Origin: Candidatus Omnitrophota bacterium
GTDB taxonomy: Bacteria; Omnitrophota; Omnitrophia; Omnitrophales; Aquincolibacteriaceae
Length of the DNA: 64,000 nt
Direction of reading: 5' to 3'
Assembly: GCA_903856085.1 (NCBI GenBank)
Contig: CAIOAT010000013.1
Location: 295,430 to 359,429 of the forward strand
The position numbers were made by a program, and so were the translations under genes. Shown here in pieces: positions 21,076 to 29,872 of this stretch (the first letter of the stretch is position 1; each line of letters starts with the position of its first letter). The notes beneath the pieces were generated by a model. That model was not told where the DNA came from and did no database searches. It was given only the letters and a program-made list of their open reading frames with translations.

Positions 21076-21567
21076 CTAATTAAGCATCGATTGCATTCTT
21101 GAAATGGCTTTTTCGGCTAGCGAATACTCGGGATTCTGCTCCAGGGCATGGCGATAGGCCTCCAACGCCTGAGTCCAATCCCCCATGTGTTCCCAGACAC
21201 GCCCTAAATTATACCAAGCGTAAAATTTTCCGTCATATCGTTCCGCCGCAGTCGCTTTTTCAAGCCAGGGAATCGCTTCTTCCCATCTTCCTGTTTCGAT
21301 CATATACGCTCCGATATCATTGTAAGGATTTCCATATTCCGGATCCAGCCGAACAGCTTTCTCGCATTCCCGAATCGCGTCTCCGTACCGGCCCTTGACG
21401 CTATACGCCCATCCCAGGCAGGTGTGCGCCTCAGGAGTAGGCTGTGCAGCGATGGAATTCAGGTAAAGAGCGATCGCTTCATCGACCTTTCCGGCCATCT
21501 GTTGGTCGTAAGCCTCCTGAAGAAACTTTGCAGCATCTTCATCTTTATTCAAATGAAACTCACTCAT
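21076..21567 (-). CDS. Tetratricopeptide repeat protein
   Basis: 163 aa with repeated W/LG/Y/A/F/A/P TPR-like 34-mers (…GDAIRECEKAVRLDPEYGNPYNDIG…). Confidence 0.65.
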   Translation of the reverse strand: MSEFHLNKDEDAAKFLQEAYDQQMAGKVDEAIALYLNSIAAQPTPEAHTCLGWAYSVKGRYGDAIRECEKAVRLDPEYGNPYNDIGAYMIETGRWEEAIPWLEKATAAERYDGKFYAWYNLGRVWEHMGDWTQALEAYRHALEQNPEYSLAEKAISRMQSMLN

Positions 21568-21628
21568 GGCTTCATACCGCCTTATTCTGGAAACTGTGAG
21601 TAAAGGCTCGAAATGGCATTCTCCGGCT

Positions 21629-22237
21629 CTATGAAGATTTCATGAACGGATTCGTGCGTCGCTCATGTTCGATCGTGGAAGAATCCGCATCCCCATAAGC
21701 ATGGCCAGGGAAAACTTTAAGCGCCCCATCCAGCGACGCAAGGCGTTTGAGGCTCTGCATGAGTTTCTTTTCATCGCCGCCCGGAAGATCGCAACGGCCG
21801 CAGGCTCCCACAAAAAGCGTGTCGCCTGTGATGATCTTATCACCAAACAAAATACACTGCGCTCCTTCCGTATGGCCCGGCGTGTGGAGAAAAGTCATTT
21901 CCACATCCCCGATCTTAAGCGTGGAACCTTCTTTTGTTTCCACAAGATGCTCTTTGCTCTCCTTCAGATACTTCGCCTCGTTCTCATGAACATAGACCTT
22001 CACCCCGGTCTTTTGGATCAGTCCTTCAACGCCGTTGCAATGGTCAAAGTGTGTATGCGTGAGGATCCCCGCCACGACCTTCATGCCGTCTTTCTCAGCT
22101 TTCTTGAGAACTGCATCCACGTCCCAAGCCGGATCCACCATCACGCATTCTTTTTTATTGCTATCACCGAGCAGATAGACAAAATTCCCCATATAGCCCA
22201 CGGGGATCTGCCTGAAATACAGGTTCTTGCTATCCAC
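21629..22237 (-). CDS. MBL-fold metallo-hydrolase (hydroxyacylglutathione hydrolase-like)
   Basis: HTHFDHCNG metal-binding motif and TPGHTEG. GTG start overlaps the folA stop. Confidence 0.7.
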   Translation of the reverse strand: MDSKNLYFRQIPVGYMGNFVYLLGDSNKKECVMVDPAWDVDAVLKKAEKDGMKVVAGILTHTHFDHCNGVEGLIQKTGVKVYVHENEAKYLKESKEHLVETKEGSTLKIGDVEMTFLHTPGHTEGAQCILFGDKIITGDTLFVGACGRCDLPGGDEKKLMQSLKRLASLDGALKVFPGHAYGDADSSTIEHERRTNPFMKSS

Positions 22238-22724
22238 AGCAACAACAACCCTTGTTCTTTGTGCTCTCGTAATAGATCACCTCAAGCGTTGGATTTTCTT
22301 GAAGCGGAAGCCGCTTTTTTTCAGTGAAAAATGGCGGGATCTCCGGGTAAAGGACATCCCCGACGTAATCGGCGTGAATACGTGTCAGATAGATCGCGTC
22401 CACGCGATCGATCGTGGTCCGGTAAAGCTCGGCCCCTCCAATGATAAAGGCATGCTCGGTTTTAACGCTCTTCAAAGCCTCATCCAGGGAAGCAAAAAAT
22501 GTCTGGCCCGGATACGGCTTTTGGCCGCTCCGGTCCAGGATCAGATTGACCCGGCCGGGTAAGGCCTTGCATCCTAGACTTTCAAATGTCTTTAAACCCA
22601 TGATCACGGTTTGCCCGAGAGTCGTCACCTTGAAATGCTGCAGATCTTTAGAAAAATGCCAGGGAAGCTTGTTTCCATTTCCGATGACGCGATGATTGGC
22701 TACTGCAACAATGTGATAGAGCAT
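22230..22724 (-). CDS. folA: Dihydrofolate reductase with an unusual C-terminal CCCCG tail
   Basis: DHFR signatures (IVAVANHRVIGNGNKLPW…GGAELY) directly downstream of thyA. Confidence 0.85.
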   Translation of the reverse strand: MLYHIVAVANHRVIGNGNKLPWHFSKDLQHFKVTTLGQTVIMGLKTFESLGCKALPGRVNLILDRSGQKPYPGQTFFASLDEALKSVKTEHAFIIGGAELYRTTIDRVDAIYLTRIHADYVGDVLYPEIPPFFTEKKRLPLQENPTLEVIYYESTKNKGCCCCG

Positions 22725-22818
22725 GATGGTATGGATTCTCCTTTTTTATGCTATGTTGACCTGGCAAATATACGGCCCGCGCTTTCCCGCCGAATTTCTC
22801 ACATCATACGCTGCACGT

Positions 22819-23613
22819 CTAAACAGCAACCGACGCTTTGATCGCCGGGTGCGGGTTGTAATTTTCGAGTGTAAAATCTTCATATTTGAAATCGAAAATG
22901 CTTTTGACCGCGGGATTAAGTTTCATTTGCGGGAGCGCGCGCGGTTCCCGCGAAAGCTGCAACTCCACCTGCTCTCGATGGTTCAGATAAATATGCACAT
23001 CCCCAAAGGTGTGAATGAATTCTCCGGGTTGAAGACCCGTCACTTGCGCCATCATCAGGGTCAGAAGTGCATAGGAAGCGATATTAAACGGCACTCCCAG
23101 AAAAACGTCGGCACTTCGCTGATAAAGCTGGCAGGAAAGTTTTCCCTTCAGCACATAGAACTGGAAAAACGCGTGGCAAGGCGGCAAAGCCATCTTTTCG
23201 ATCTCGCCGGCATTCCACGCACTCACAATGATCCGGCGACTATCGGGCGTTTTTTCAATCATTTCAACCGCCTGGGCGATCTGATCCACCACGGTGCCAT
23301 CCGGACGCTTCCACGCACGCCATTGAGCACCATAAACCGGTCCCAGGTCGCCTTTCGCGTCTGCCCACTCATCCCAGATCGTCACACCGTGGTCCGTCAG
23401 GAACTTAATATTCGTATCGCCGCCAAGCAACCAAAGAAGTTCATAGATCACGGCCTTGGTATAGACCTTTTTGGTGGTAAGGAGAGGAAATCCTTCGGCG
23501 AGGTCAAAGCGCATTTGATAACCGAAGGTGCTGATCGTCCCAACGCCGGTGCGATCCTTCTTTTCAGTGCCATGATCGAGGATATGGTTTAAAAGATCCA
23601 GATATGGCTTCAC
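22819..23613 (-). CDS. thyA: Thymidylate synthase
   Basis: 264 aa with the catalytic ALPPCH motif, RIIVSAWN and DRTGVGT. Confidence 0.95.
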   Translation of the reverse strand: MKPYLDLLNHILDHGTEKKDRTGVGTISTFGYQMRFDLAEGFPLLTTKKVYTKAVIYELLWLLGGDTNIKFLTDHGVTIWDEWADAKGDLGPVYGAQWRAWKRPDGTVVDQIAQAVEMIEKTPDSRRIIVSAWNAGEIEKMALPPCHAFFQFYVLKGKLSCQLYQRSADVFLGVPFNIASYALLTLMMAQVTGLQPGEFIHTFGDVHIYLNHREQVELQLSREPRALPQMKLNPAVKSIFDFKYEDFTLENYNPHPAIKASVAV

Positions 23614-24695
23614 GAAGCTTGTCCCTCGCTTTCCAATAGACTCGCGTTGATGTCTTGGGGCAAGTCCTTCTTGGGCTTTACGGCAGGCGAAACGTCTTTT
23701 AGAAAATGAATATCATCGACATTCAGGTCGTCAAAAAAAGAGCTCTTAAGGGCGAAAGCCGCTGGCTCCCCGGAACGCTTCACATAAAAAAGTTCTCCTT
23801 TGTCATCCTTCGAGCCCACAGTAAGAAGCTTTTTCTTACCGTTTTCGGTCACGGCTAGCTGCCAAACAGGTTTCTCAAAACCATACCCCTTCCCGCCAAG
23901 ATCCACGACCTTCTCGGCCCGGACACTGTTCATCACGACGATGAATTTCAGAACCTTATCAGGGTCAAGAGGAGAGGACATGTTTTTGCGCAGAAATTTC
24001 CAGGAATTTTTGAGCGGATCCTTGGGATCGGTCACGCGCTCCAATCCTGCGACCATAGTTTTTTCATCTCCCTTGAGAAGATAGACGGTGATCTTTGTTA
24101 CTTTCTCAGGATCCAAATTGAAAAGGCTGAGATCCGCCCAAAAAAGACTCGTCGGTGACGCGTCATGGAGATCCGTATGGATCCCCAAAAGCTCTGCCAT
24201 GTTCATGTCCACAAGATAGATATTTTCACTTGTGGCTTTACGGATGAAATAGGAATCCTCACCGGCCTGTTTCGTCCCAAGCCGAAGATCTTGGAGCAAA
24301 GTATTCCCGGCGCCAAAAAGCTTGATCGAAAAGGCATCCGCATCTTGAATGCCAAAATCCGCAAAAAAACTCTTCCCCGAAGTGCGCAGCTCTCCTCGGG
24401 ACGCGAGAAGCCCTTGAATGAACTTTTCCACCTTCGCAGGATTCGCCTTGGCATTCCAAAGACTTTTCACCTTCCAATCGCCATTTTCGTTGGCAAGTTC
24501 TACGGCCGGTGATTGACTGCCACAACCGATCAGTATCCTTTCAAGTTTCGCCGGATCGAATTCCACAAGCGCCACGCGTTCGTTTCGTGCGGAACCTGCA
24601 TTATCGCTCGCAGAACGAACCCAGAATTTCAAAAAGATCCCCAGCGCGAGGACCGCAAGAATAGCGCCTAAGATCATGATCTGTTTTTTTGTCAT
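23610..24695 (-). CDS. DUF4340-like lipo/periplasmic protein (ABC-transporter/gliding-motility GldG-associated)
   Basis: N-terminal TM/signal anchor, 361 aa, 4-nt overlap with thyA and 44-nt gap to the upstream permease gene; composition typical of DUF4340 partners of GldG-like transporters. Confidence 0.45.
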   Translation of the reverse strand: MTKKQIMILGAILAVLALGIFLKFWVRSASDNAGSARNERVALVEFDPAKLERILIGCGSQSPAVELANENGDWKVKSLWNAKANPAKVEKFIQGLLASRGELRTSGKSFFADFGIQDADAFSIKLFGAGNTLLQDLRLGTKQAGEDSYFIRKATSENIYLVDMNMAELLGIHTDLHDASPTSLFWADLSLFNLDPEKVTKITVYLLKGDEKTMVAGLERVTDPKDPLKNSWKFLRKNMSSPLDPDKVLKFIVVMNSVRAEKVVDLGGKGYGFEKPVWQLAVTENGKKKLLTVGSKDDKGELFYVKRSGEPAAFALKSSFFDDLNVDDIHFLKDVSPAVKPKKDLPQDINASLLESEGQAS

Positions 24696-24738
24696 AGGAC
24701 CTGAGCCCGTTCAAAACCCGGGCGTTCATTGAGTGATT

Positions 24739-27240
24739 CTAAGAGATGGCTAGGTTTTTGAGATATTGCTGTTTCGCACGCCGGCGCATGTAGGCGCGCC
24801 CAAATCCGAGCAGGGCGACAACCACGGGCATCAAGAACACTATAAAAAGCCTCCATGCTACTTTTGCGGGAGCCGAGACCTTGGGAAGCGCGCGGCCCAC
24901 CTGTCCTTTCGAGCGGATCCCGATCAGCGCATCTCCCAGAGTTAAGACATCCATAGCGTTTAAGAAAAAATTCAGGTGCCCGCCATTTTGCATAAGTTGT
25001 TTTTGGAAAGGCGTCGCGGCACCGATCAGGAGGAGTTTTCCGGGCTTTGTCTGAAGAGGGGCGGGCGTTTTTTCTTTTTTTATTTCTTCCGCAGGATGAG
25101 GCGTTGCTGCATCGGCGGCCGCCTCCGGAGCCCATTTTGGAATTTTCTTATTTTTGAACGCGTCCGCAAATTGCCCTTCCGCCAGCACCGCCAGCGGGAA
25201 CGGTCCAGGAACGCTCGTCGCAACGTGTTCCAGTCCTTGGGTCATCATGCTCCCCGACTTGAACGGCACAGTCCAGGAACGCTTGCTGGAATGAAGCAAG
25301 GTCTGCACTTTGAGCCCCTGTGCTTTAACCTTCTCCGGGTCGATCTTCAGAGCACTGCCCCAGAGATAAAAGAACGCCGATAGACGCGACGTGATCGAAA
25401 CTCCGGTGTTCATTTCCGCATCCGTCAGCAGGATCTGGATCGGAAGTTTGACCGGGACAGAGACATCTGAAAGACCGCCACCGGCTGAAAGCGTGATCGC
25501 TTCGCTCTGCTCATCGGCCAGAACGCTTGTTTCTACCTGGAATCCCCACACAGAAAGCAAATCGTTCACGCCGGGATCTTTCTCACTTGGCACAAGCGTG
25601 ATCGCCCCCATGCCCTCGGGCTTGTAATTGAACTCGTAATTCTGCACGGCCATGAGCACAGAACCGCCCTGGCATAGAAAACGGTCGATCTCGTATTTCT
25701 GCCGTTCGCTCAAGTTCCCCGGCTGAACCACCGCAAGCGTCTTCGTCCCTTCCGGAATCCCGGACTTCTCACTTAAAGAAATGCGCTTCACGGGATAGCC
25801 TTCTCCTTCAAGTCCTAGTTGTAAATACTCATAGGGATCGTCGCGATAGCTTGGAGGAACCTGGCCGCCGAGCTGCTGAAGGAGCATCATGAGATTGGGA
25901 TCGACCGATCGCTCGGTATAAGGTGCCATCAGTGCAACCTTCGGGACCTCCGGAAGAGTCATGCGGTAAAGCTTGGAGATGATCGCATACTCCAGATCAT
26001 CCAAATTCCCCGAATGGATCTGCGGCAGGACTTCCTCGGGTTTTTCCTTGTAAGAGATCGTAAGCCCGGAATAGACGAGACGAACACCCATTTCATCCGA
26101 TTGGATGGATTCGACCTGAAAAGGCTGGAGACCTTTTTTGGCAAGTTGCTCTTCCATCGTGTCCTTCTTTTGAGTGCCCTCCACCGCGGTCGCAGCATCC
26201 ATGTGGAGAACCTGGTACTGAAAATGGCCTTCGGATACGGCGCGTAGTTCTTCCAGCTTATCGCGCGCGTCCTGTTCCAGCGTCTTCATGGAAGTCGGCA
26301 TTTTGTCCGCAGAAGAAATATAGAATTTTATGGTCACAGGAGACGGAAGGCTCCTCAGGATCTTTCGGGTCGCCGGAGAGATCGTGTAGGTTTGGCCCTC
26401 ACTCATATCGAAACGGCCGAGAGGAACCCCGGCCACAAGCCAATTACTCAGAAGAAAGATCCCGGCCGAGATCAGGGCTGCGGTCGCAAAGATCGAGGTG
26501 GCTTTCGGACGCATCCGTCCTTCGATCCAAAACCCATTCAGCACAAGTGCCACCGCACTGCCGACCCCGAAATAAAGAACATCGCGATTATCGATCACGC
26601 CCTTTGCGAACGTGCTGTAGTGATCCGCGGCACCGAGAAAATGCCGGAGAAAGGTCCCGAACCCCGCCACCCACCCATCGATAGAAGAAGCCACGAATTC
26701 GGTACCCGTAAGAAAAAGCCCGAAGCAGATCATCATGGAGAGGATGAACGCGACGATCTGATCACGAAAAAACCCCGACACAAGCGTTCCAATCGCAAGA
26801 AAGAACCCGCCCAGGAATGCCGCGCCGATATAGCCACTCAGGATCGCACCAAGATCCGGCCGCCCGAGCACGGCTAACATCACAGGAATCGGAAATGTGC
26901 AGGCAAGCGTGATCAGGTAGAAAAGGAAGCTTGCGAAGAATTTTCCGAGCACTAGTTCATGCGCCTGCATGGGGAAGGTCAAAAGCAACTCCTGCGTGTT
27001 CCCGCGTTTCTCCTCGGCCCAAAGGCGCATGGAAACTGCCGGCAAAAAAACCGAGAGGAAGAATGGGAGCGTATAAAAGAAAGCTCGCATATCCACGCGC
27101 CCGACCAGAAAGAATTGCGTCATAAAAAGCCCGCCGTTCAGGAGCGTAAAGATGATCATGAAAATATAAGCGATGGGAGAATTAAAATAAGCCGCCAGCT
27201 CTCTGCTTAAAATGATGCGAAGATTGGCGCACTTTTTCAT
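24739..27240 (-). CDS. ABC-2 family permease fused to a GldG-like periplasmic domain
   Basis: 833 aa with an N-terminal 6-TM ABC-2 permease region, a large extracytoplasmic domain and a C-terminal TM. 4-nt overlap with the ATPase gene. Confidence 0.65.
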   Translation of the reverse strand: MKKCANLRIILSRELAAYFNSPIAYIFMIIFTLLNGGLFMTQFFLVGRVDMRAFFYTLPFFLSVFLPAVSMRLWAEEKRGNTQELLLTFPMQAHELVLGKFFASFLFYLITLACTFPIPVMLAVLGRPDLGAILSGYIGAAFLGGFFLAIGTLVSGFFRDQIVAFILSMMICFGLFLTGTEFVASSIDGWVAGFGTFLRHFLGAADHYSTFAKGVIDNRDVLYFGVGSAVALVLNGFWIEGRMRPKATSIFATAALISAGIFLLSNWLVAGVPLGRFDMSEGQTYTISPATRKILRSLPSPVTIKFYISSADKMPTSMKTLEQDARDKLEELRAVSEGHFQYQVLHMDAATAVEGTQKKDTMEEQLAKKGLQPFQVESIQSDEMGVRLVYSGLTISYKEKPEEVLPQIHSGNLDDLEYAIISKLYRMTLPEVPKVALMAPYTERSVDPNLMMLLQQLGGQVPPSYRDDPYEYLQLGLEGEGYPVKRISLSEKSGIPEGTKTLAVVQPGNLSERQKYEIDRFLCQGGSVLMAVQNYEFNYKPEGMGAITLVPSEKDPGVNDLLSVWGFQVETSVLADEQSEAITLSAGGGLSDVSVPVKLPIQILLTDAEMNTGVSITSRLSAFFYLWGSALKIDPEKVKAQGLKVQTLLHSSKRSWTVPFKSGSMMTQGLEHVATSVPGPFPLAVLAEGQFADAFKNKKIPKWAPEAAADAATPHPAEEIKKEKTPAPLQTKPGKLLLIGAATPFQKQLMQNGGHLNFFLNAMDVLTLGDALIGIRSKGQVGRALPKVSAPAKVAWRLFIVFLMPVVVALLGFGRAYMRRRAKQQYLKNLAIS

Positions 27241-27989
27241 ACGGCCACCCGCTGCGAGGGCATGAGCAACTGGATAAAGATCTCTTCCAGGCTCAGATCC
27301 CGCGCCGCTTTGCCGGAGTTTTGGACTTTCTCCGCCAGCTCTTGCTTCGTTCCCTGCGCCACAAGCTTCCCTTCATTGATGATCACGATGCGGTCGGCAA
27401 GGGCTTCTACTTCCTGGAGAATGTGCGTGGAAAAAATAATGGTCTTTTCCTTGGCGAGACTTTTCACGAGAGAACGGATCTCGATAATCTGGATCGGATC
27501 CAACCCCGAAGTGGGTTCATCCAGGATCAGAACCTTGGGATCATGGATCAAAGCCTGCGCAATCCCAACCCTCTGACCATACCCCTTGGAGAGTTCACAT
27601 AAAAGATGTTTCCACGCGCTCTTAAGATGACAGGTGTTTTTAACCCATTCAATCCGTTCCGCAAGCTTGGCTCCTTCCAGTGCGCGAGCCTTGCCTACGA
27701 ACGTCAGATATTCATCAACCCGCATATCCCCGTAAAGCGGAACCGTCTCGGGCAAATATCCAATGCGTTTGCGAACCTCGATAGGATTTTCCAGGATATC
27801 GAACCCATCGACTTTTGCGGTACCGGAGGAAGGAAAAAGATAGGTCGTGAGAATCCTCATGGCGGTCGTCTTTCCCGCTCCGTTGGGGCCGAGAAGGCCC
27901 AGCACTTCGCCCGGATTCGCCTGAAAGGAAACATGATCCAGCGCAGTCGCCGGGCCATAACGCATCGAGAGGGATTGAACGTCGATCAT
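27237..27989 (-). CDS. ABC transporter ATP-binding protein
   Basis: Walker A GPNGAGKTT, signature LSKGYGQR, Walker B ILDEPTSGLD. Confidence 0.9.
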   Translation of the reverse strand: MIDVQSLSMRYGPATALDHVSFQANPGEVLGLLGPNGAGKTTAMRILTTYLFPSSGTAKVDGFDILENPIEVRKRIGYLPETVPLYGDMRVDEYLTFVGKARALEGAKLAERIEWVKNTCHLKSAWKHLLCELSKGYGQRVGIAQALIHDPKVLILDEPTSGLDPIQIIEIRSLVKSLAKEKTIIFSTHILQEVEALADRIVIINEGKLVAQGTKQELAEKVQNSGKAARDLSLEEIFIQLLMPSQRVAV

Positions 27990-27996
27990 TTTTTCT

Positions 27997-28027
27997 CCGT
28001 ACGCCGTACGCCGTACAGAGTACCGCG
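27997..28027. repeat. Tandem GTACNCC heptamer repeats in the 5' leader of the ABC transporter operon
   Basis: ccGTACGCCGTACGCCGTACagaGTACcgcg, 8 nt upstream of the ATPase start codon. Confidence 0.6.
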
Positions 28028-28067
28028 TGACAGCTGATAAAGCATAACGATCCGAGCCTTCTTTTTA

Positions 28068-28754
28068 CTAACGTCTGCGGCCAAAAATCTGCAGCAAGAA
28101 CAAGAACATATTAATGAAATCCAAATAGAGCATCAAAGCGCCAACGATCGCGAGTTGCTCCGGTGCGTTCTCCATATTTTGATGGATGGCCTTAAGCCTC
28201 TGCGTGTCATAAGCTGTAAGCCCGATAAAAACTGCAACGCCGCAGTAAGAAATGATCCAGGAAAAAACAGGCGAGTGAAAAAACCAGTTCGCCAAGCTCG
28301 CGACGATCACTCCGATAAGCGCCATAAAACAGAAACTCCCCACCGATGTCAGATCTTGCTTAGTCACCCAGCCGTATACGCTTACTCCCGCGAACGTCAT
28401 CGCCGTAATGAAAAAAGTTGAGGAAATCGAGGCGGAAGTGTAAATGAGGAAAATGCCCGACATCGTGATGCCGTTTAGCACGGAATAGGTCAGGAATCCA
28501 AGGGTCGCCGCCTGAACCGAGATCTTCTGCAAGCTCCGCGTAAGCCATATGACTAAAACAAACTCTGAAATGAAGAAAAGCCACATGCCGCCATGCAAAA
28601 GAAAGCGCAGAAGCGATGCATTGCCGATCGTAATGAAAGCTGCAAGACCGGTAAGCGCGAGCCCCATAGCCATCCACTGATATACCCGCTGCATAAAATT
28701 AGAAAAAACGGCATCCTGGGAATAGGAAAACGGCTTATTATCTTGCTGGTTCAT
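28068..28754 (-). CDS. Bax inhibitor-1/YccA family membrane protein
   Basis: 228 aa, 7 predicted TM helices, characteristic C-terminal charged tail (…LQIFGRRR). Confidence 0.7.
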   Translation of the reverse strand: MNQQDNKPFSYSQDAVFSNFMQRVYQWMAMGLALTGLAAFITIGNASLLRFLLHGGMWLFFISEFVLVIWLTRSLQKISVQAATLGFLTYSVLNGITMSGIFLIYTSASISSTFFITAMTFAGVSVYGWVTKQDLTSVGSFCFMALIGVIVASLANWFFHSPVFSWIISYCGVAVFIGLTAYDTQRLKAIHQNMENAPEQLAIVGALMLYLDFINMFLFLLQIFGRRR

Positions 28755-28864
28755 AGAGCACCCCTCCTGGTTAAATCTTGCACAAAAACATTCTAACCGA
28801 AAATCGAACTTCCCTCAAGAATCGGAACTACAGACTAGGAAAAATAAATCTCGCGGCTCTCGCC

Positions 28865-29263
28865 TCAAATCGTTGACGCGGTCGGAGGAGGCATCTCCGC
28901 GGGTACGACCGGCATCAGAAATTCTTTTATCTTTCTCGCCGGTCTTGCGACGATTGCCTTGTCGCCTCTTTCCACGATGGGACGCTGCAGAAGATCGGGA
29001 TAGATCGCCAAAAGATCCAGCCACTGCCCCTCAGTGAGTTGCTTTTCCCCGAGCCGAAGATCCCCAAAAAGCTGGTCTTTTTTACGGATCAATTCCTCGA
29101 CCGGCAGACCTAGTTTCTGAATGAGATCCTTGAGCTTCGCCTTGGGGATCGGATCGGTAAAATAATCCACCGCATCAAAATCCACGTTCGCTTCTTTCAG
29201 GATCTGATACACCTCTTTGCAGGTACTGCAGGTCGGTTTTTGATAAATGGTGATATCGGCCAT
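28865..29263 (-). CDS. ArsC/Spx/YffB-family thioredoxin-fold protein
   Basis: N-terminal CSTC (CxxC) at residues 12-15 in the ITIYQKPTCSTCK context, typical of this family. Confidence 0.65.
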   Translation of the reverse strand: MADITIYQKPTCSTCKEVYQILKEANVDFDAVDYFTDPIPKAKLKDLIQKLGLPVEELIRKKDQLFGDLRLGEKQLTEGQWLDLLAIYPDLLQRPIVERGDKAIVARPARKIKEFLMPVVPAEMPPPTASTI

Positions 29264-29282
29264 AAAAAATCCTTCTCCGAGT

Positions 29283-29789
29283 TTACATTTTTAGAAAATA
29301 CAGTCCTACATAAACCTTCGGATCCACAAGGAATCCCTTTTTTTCCATCTCATAAAGCCAAAGGTCCGCTTCTTTAAGCGGTATTTCGTGAACCTTGATG
29401 GATTCCGTAGCGTCTCCGCCGCCGGGCCCAATTTTAACTACATCCAAAGCCTGATAGAAGGTGATGCTTTCGGAACTCAAACCGCTTGAGATAGGCCCTT
29501 CCACCAAAAGCGATAAATGCCCCGCTTCATAGCCGGTCTCTTCCAAAAGCTCTCGGCGGGCCGCCTCTTCCATCGTCTCGGGATCAGGCAACGTCTTGTC
29601 ATTGACGAGCCCCGCGGGCCATTCGATCACTTGGGCTTCAACGGGCCTTCGGAACTGTTCGACAAAAATAACCTTGTGCTCTTTATTCATCGGAACAATG
29701 ACCACGATGCCGCTGCAATTGACCCGTTTGACGTACTCCCAATTATCTTCGCAGATCAGATGGAGATATTTGCCTTTATGCAGGATCAT
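29283..29789 (-). CDS. NUDIX hydrolase
   Basis: Nudix box GLVNDKTLPDPETMEEAARRELLEETGY. Confidence 0.75.
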   Translation of the reverse strand: MILHKGKYLHLICEDNWEYVKRVNCSGIVVIVPMNKEHKVIFVEQFRRPVEAQVIEWPAGLVNDKTLPDPETMEEAARRELLEETGYEAGHLSLLVEGPISSGLSSESITFYQALDVVKIGPGGGDATESIKVHEIPLKEADLWLYEMEKKGFLVDPKVYVGLYFLKM

Positions 29790-29872
29790 TTTTGCTCCAT
29801 GAGAACTGTCACACTATTGATTTTAAGGATTCACAGCGCTTGACCGTTCACTCGTAAAAGCAAAAAACGGTG

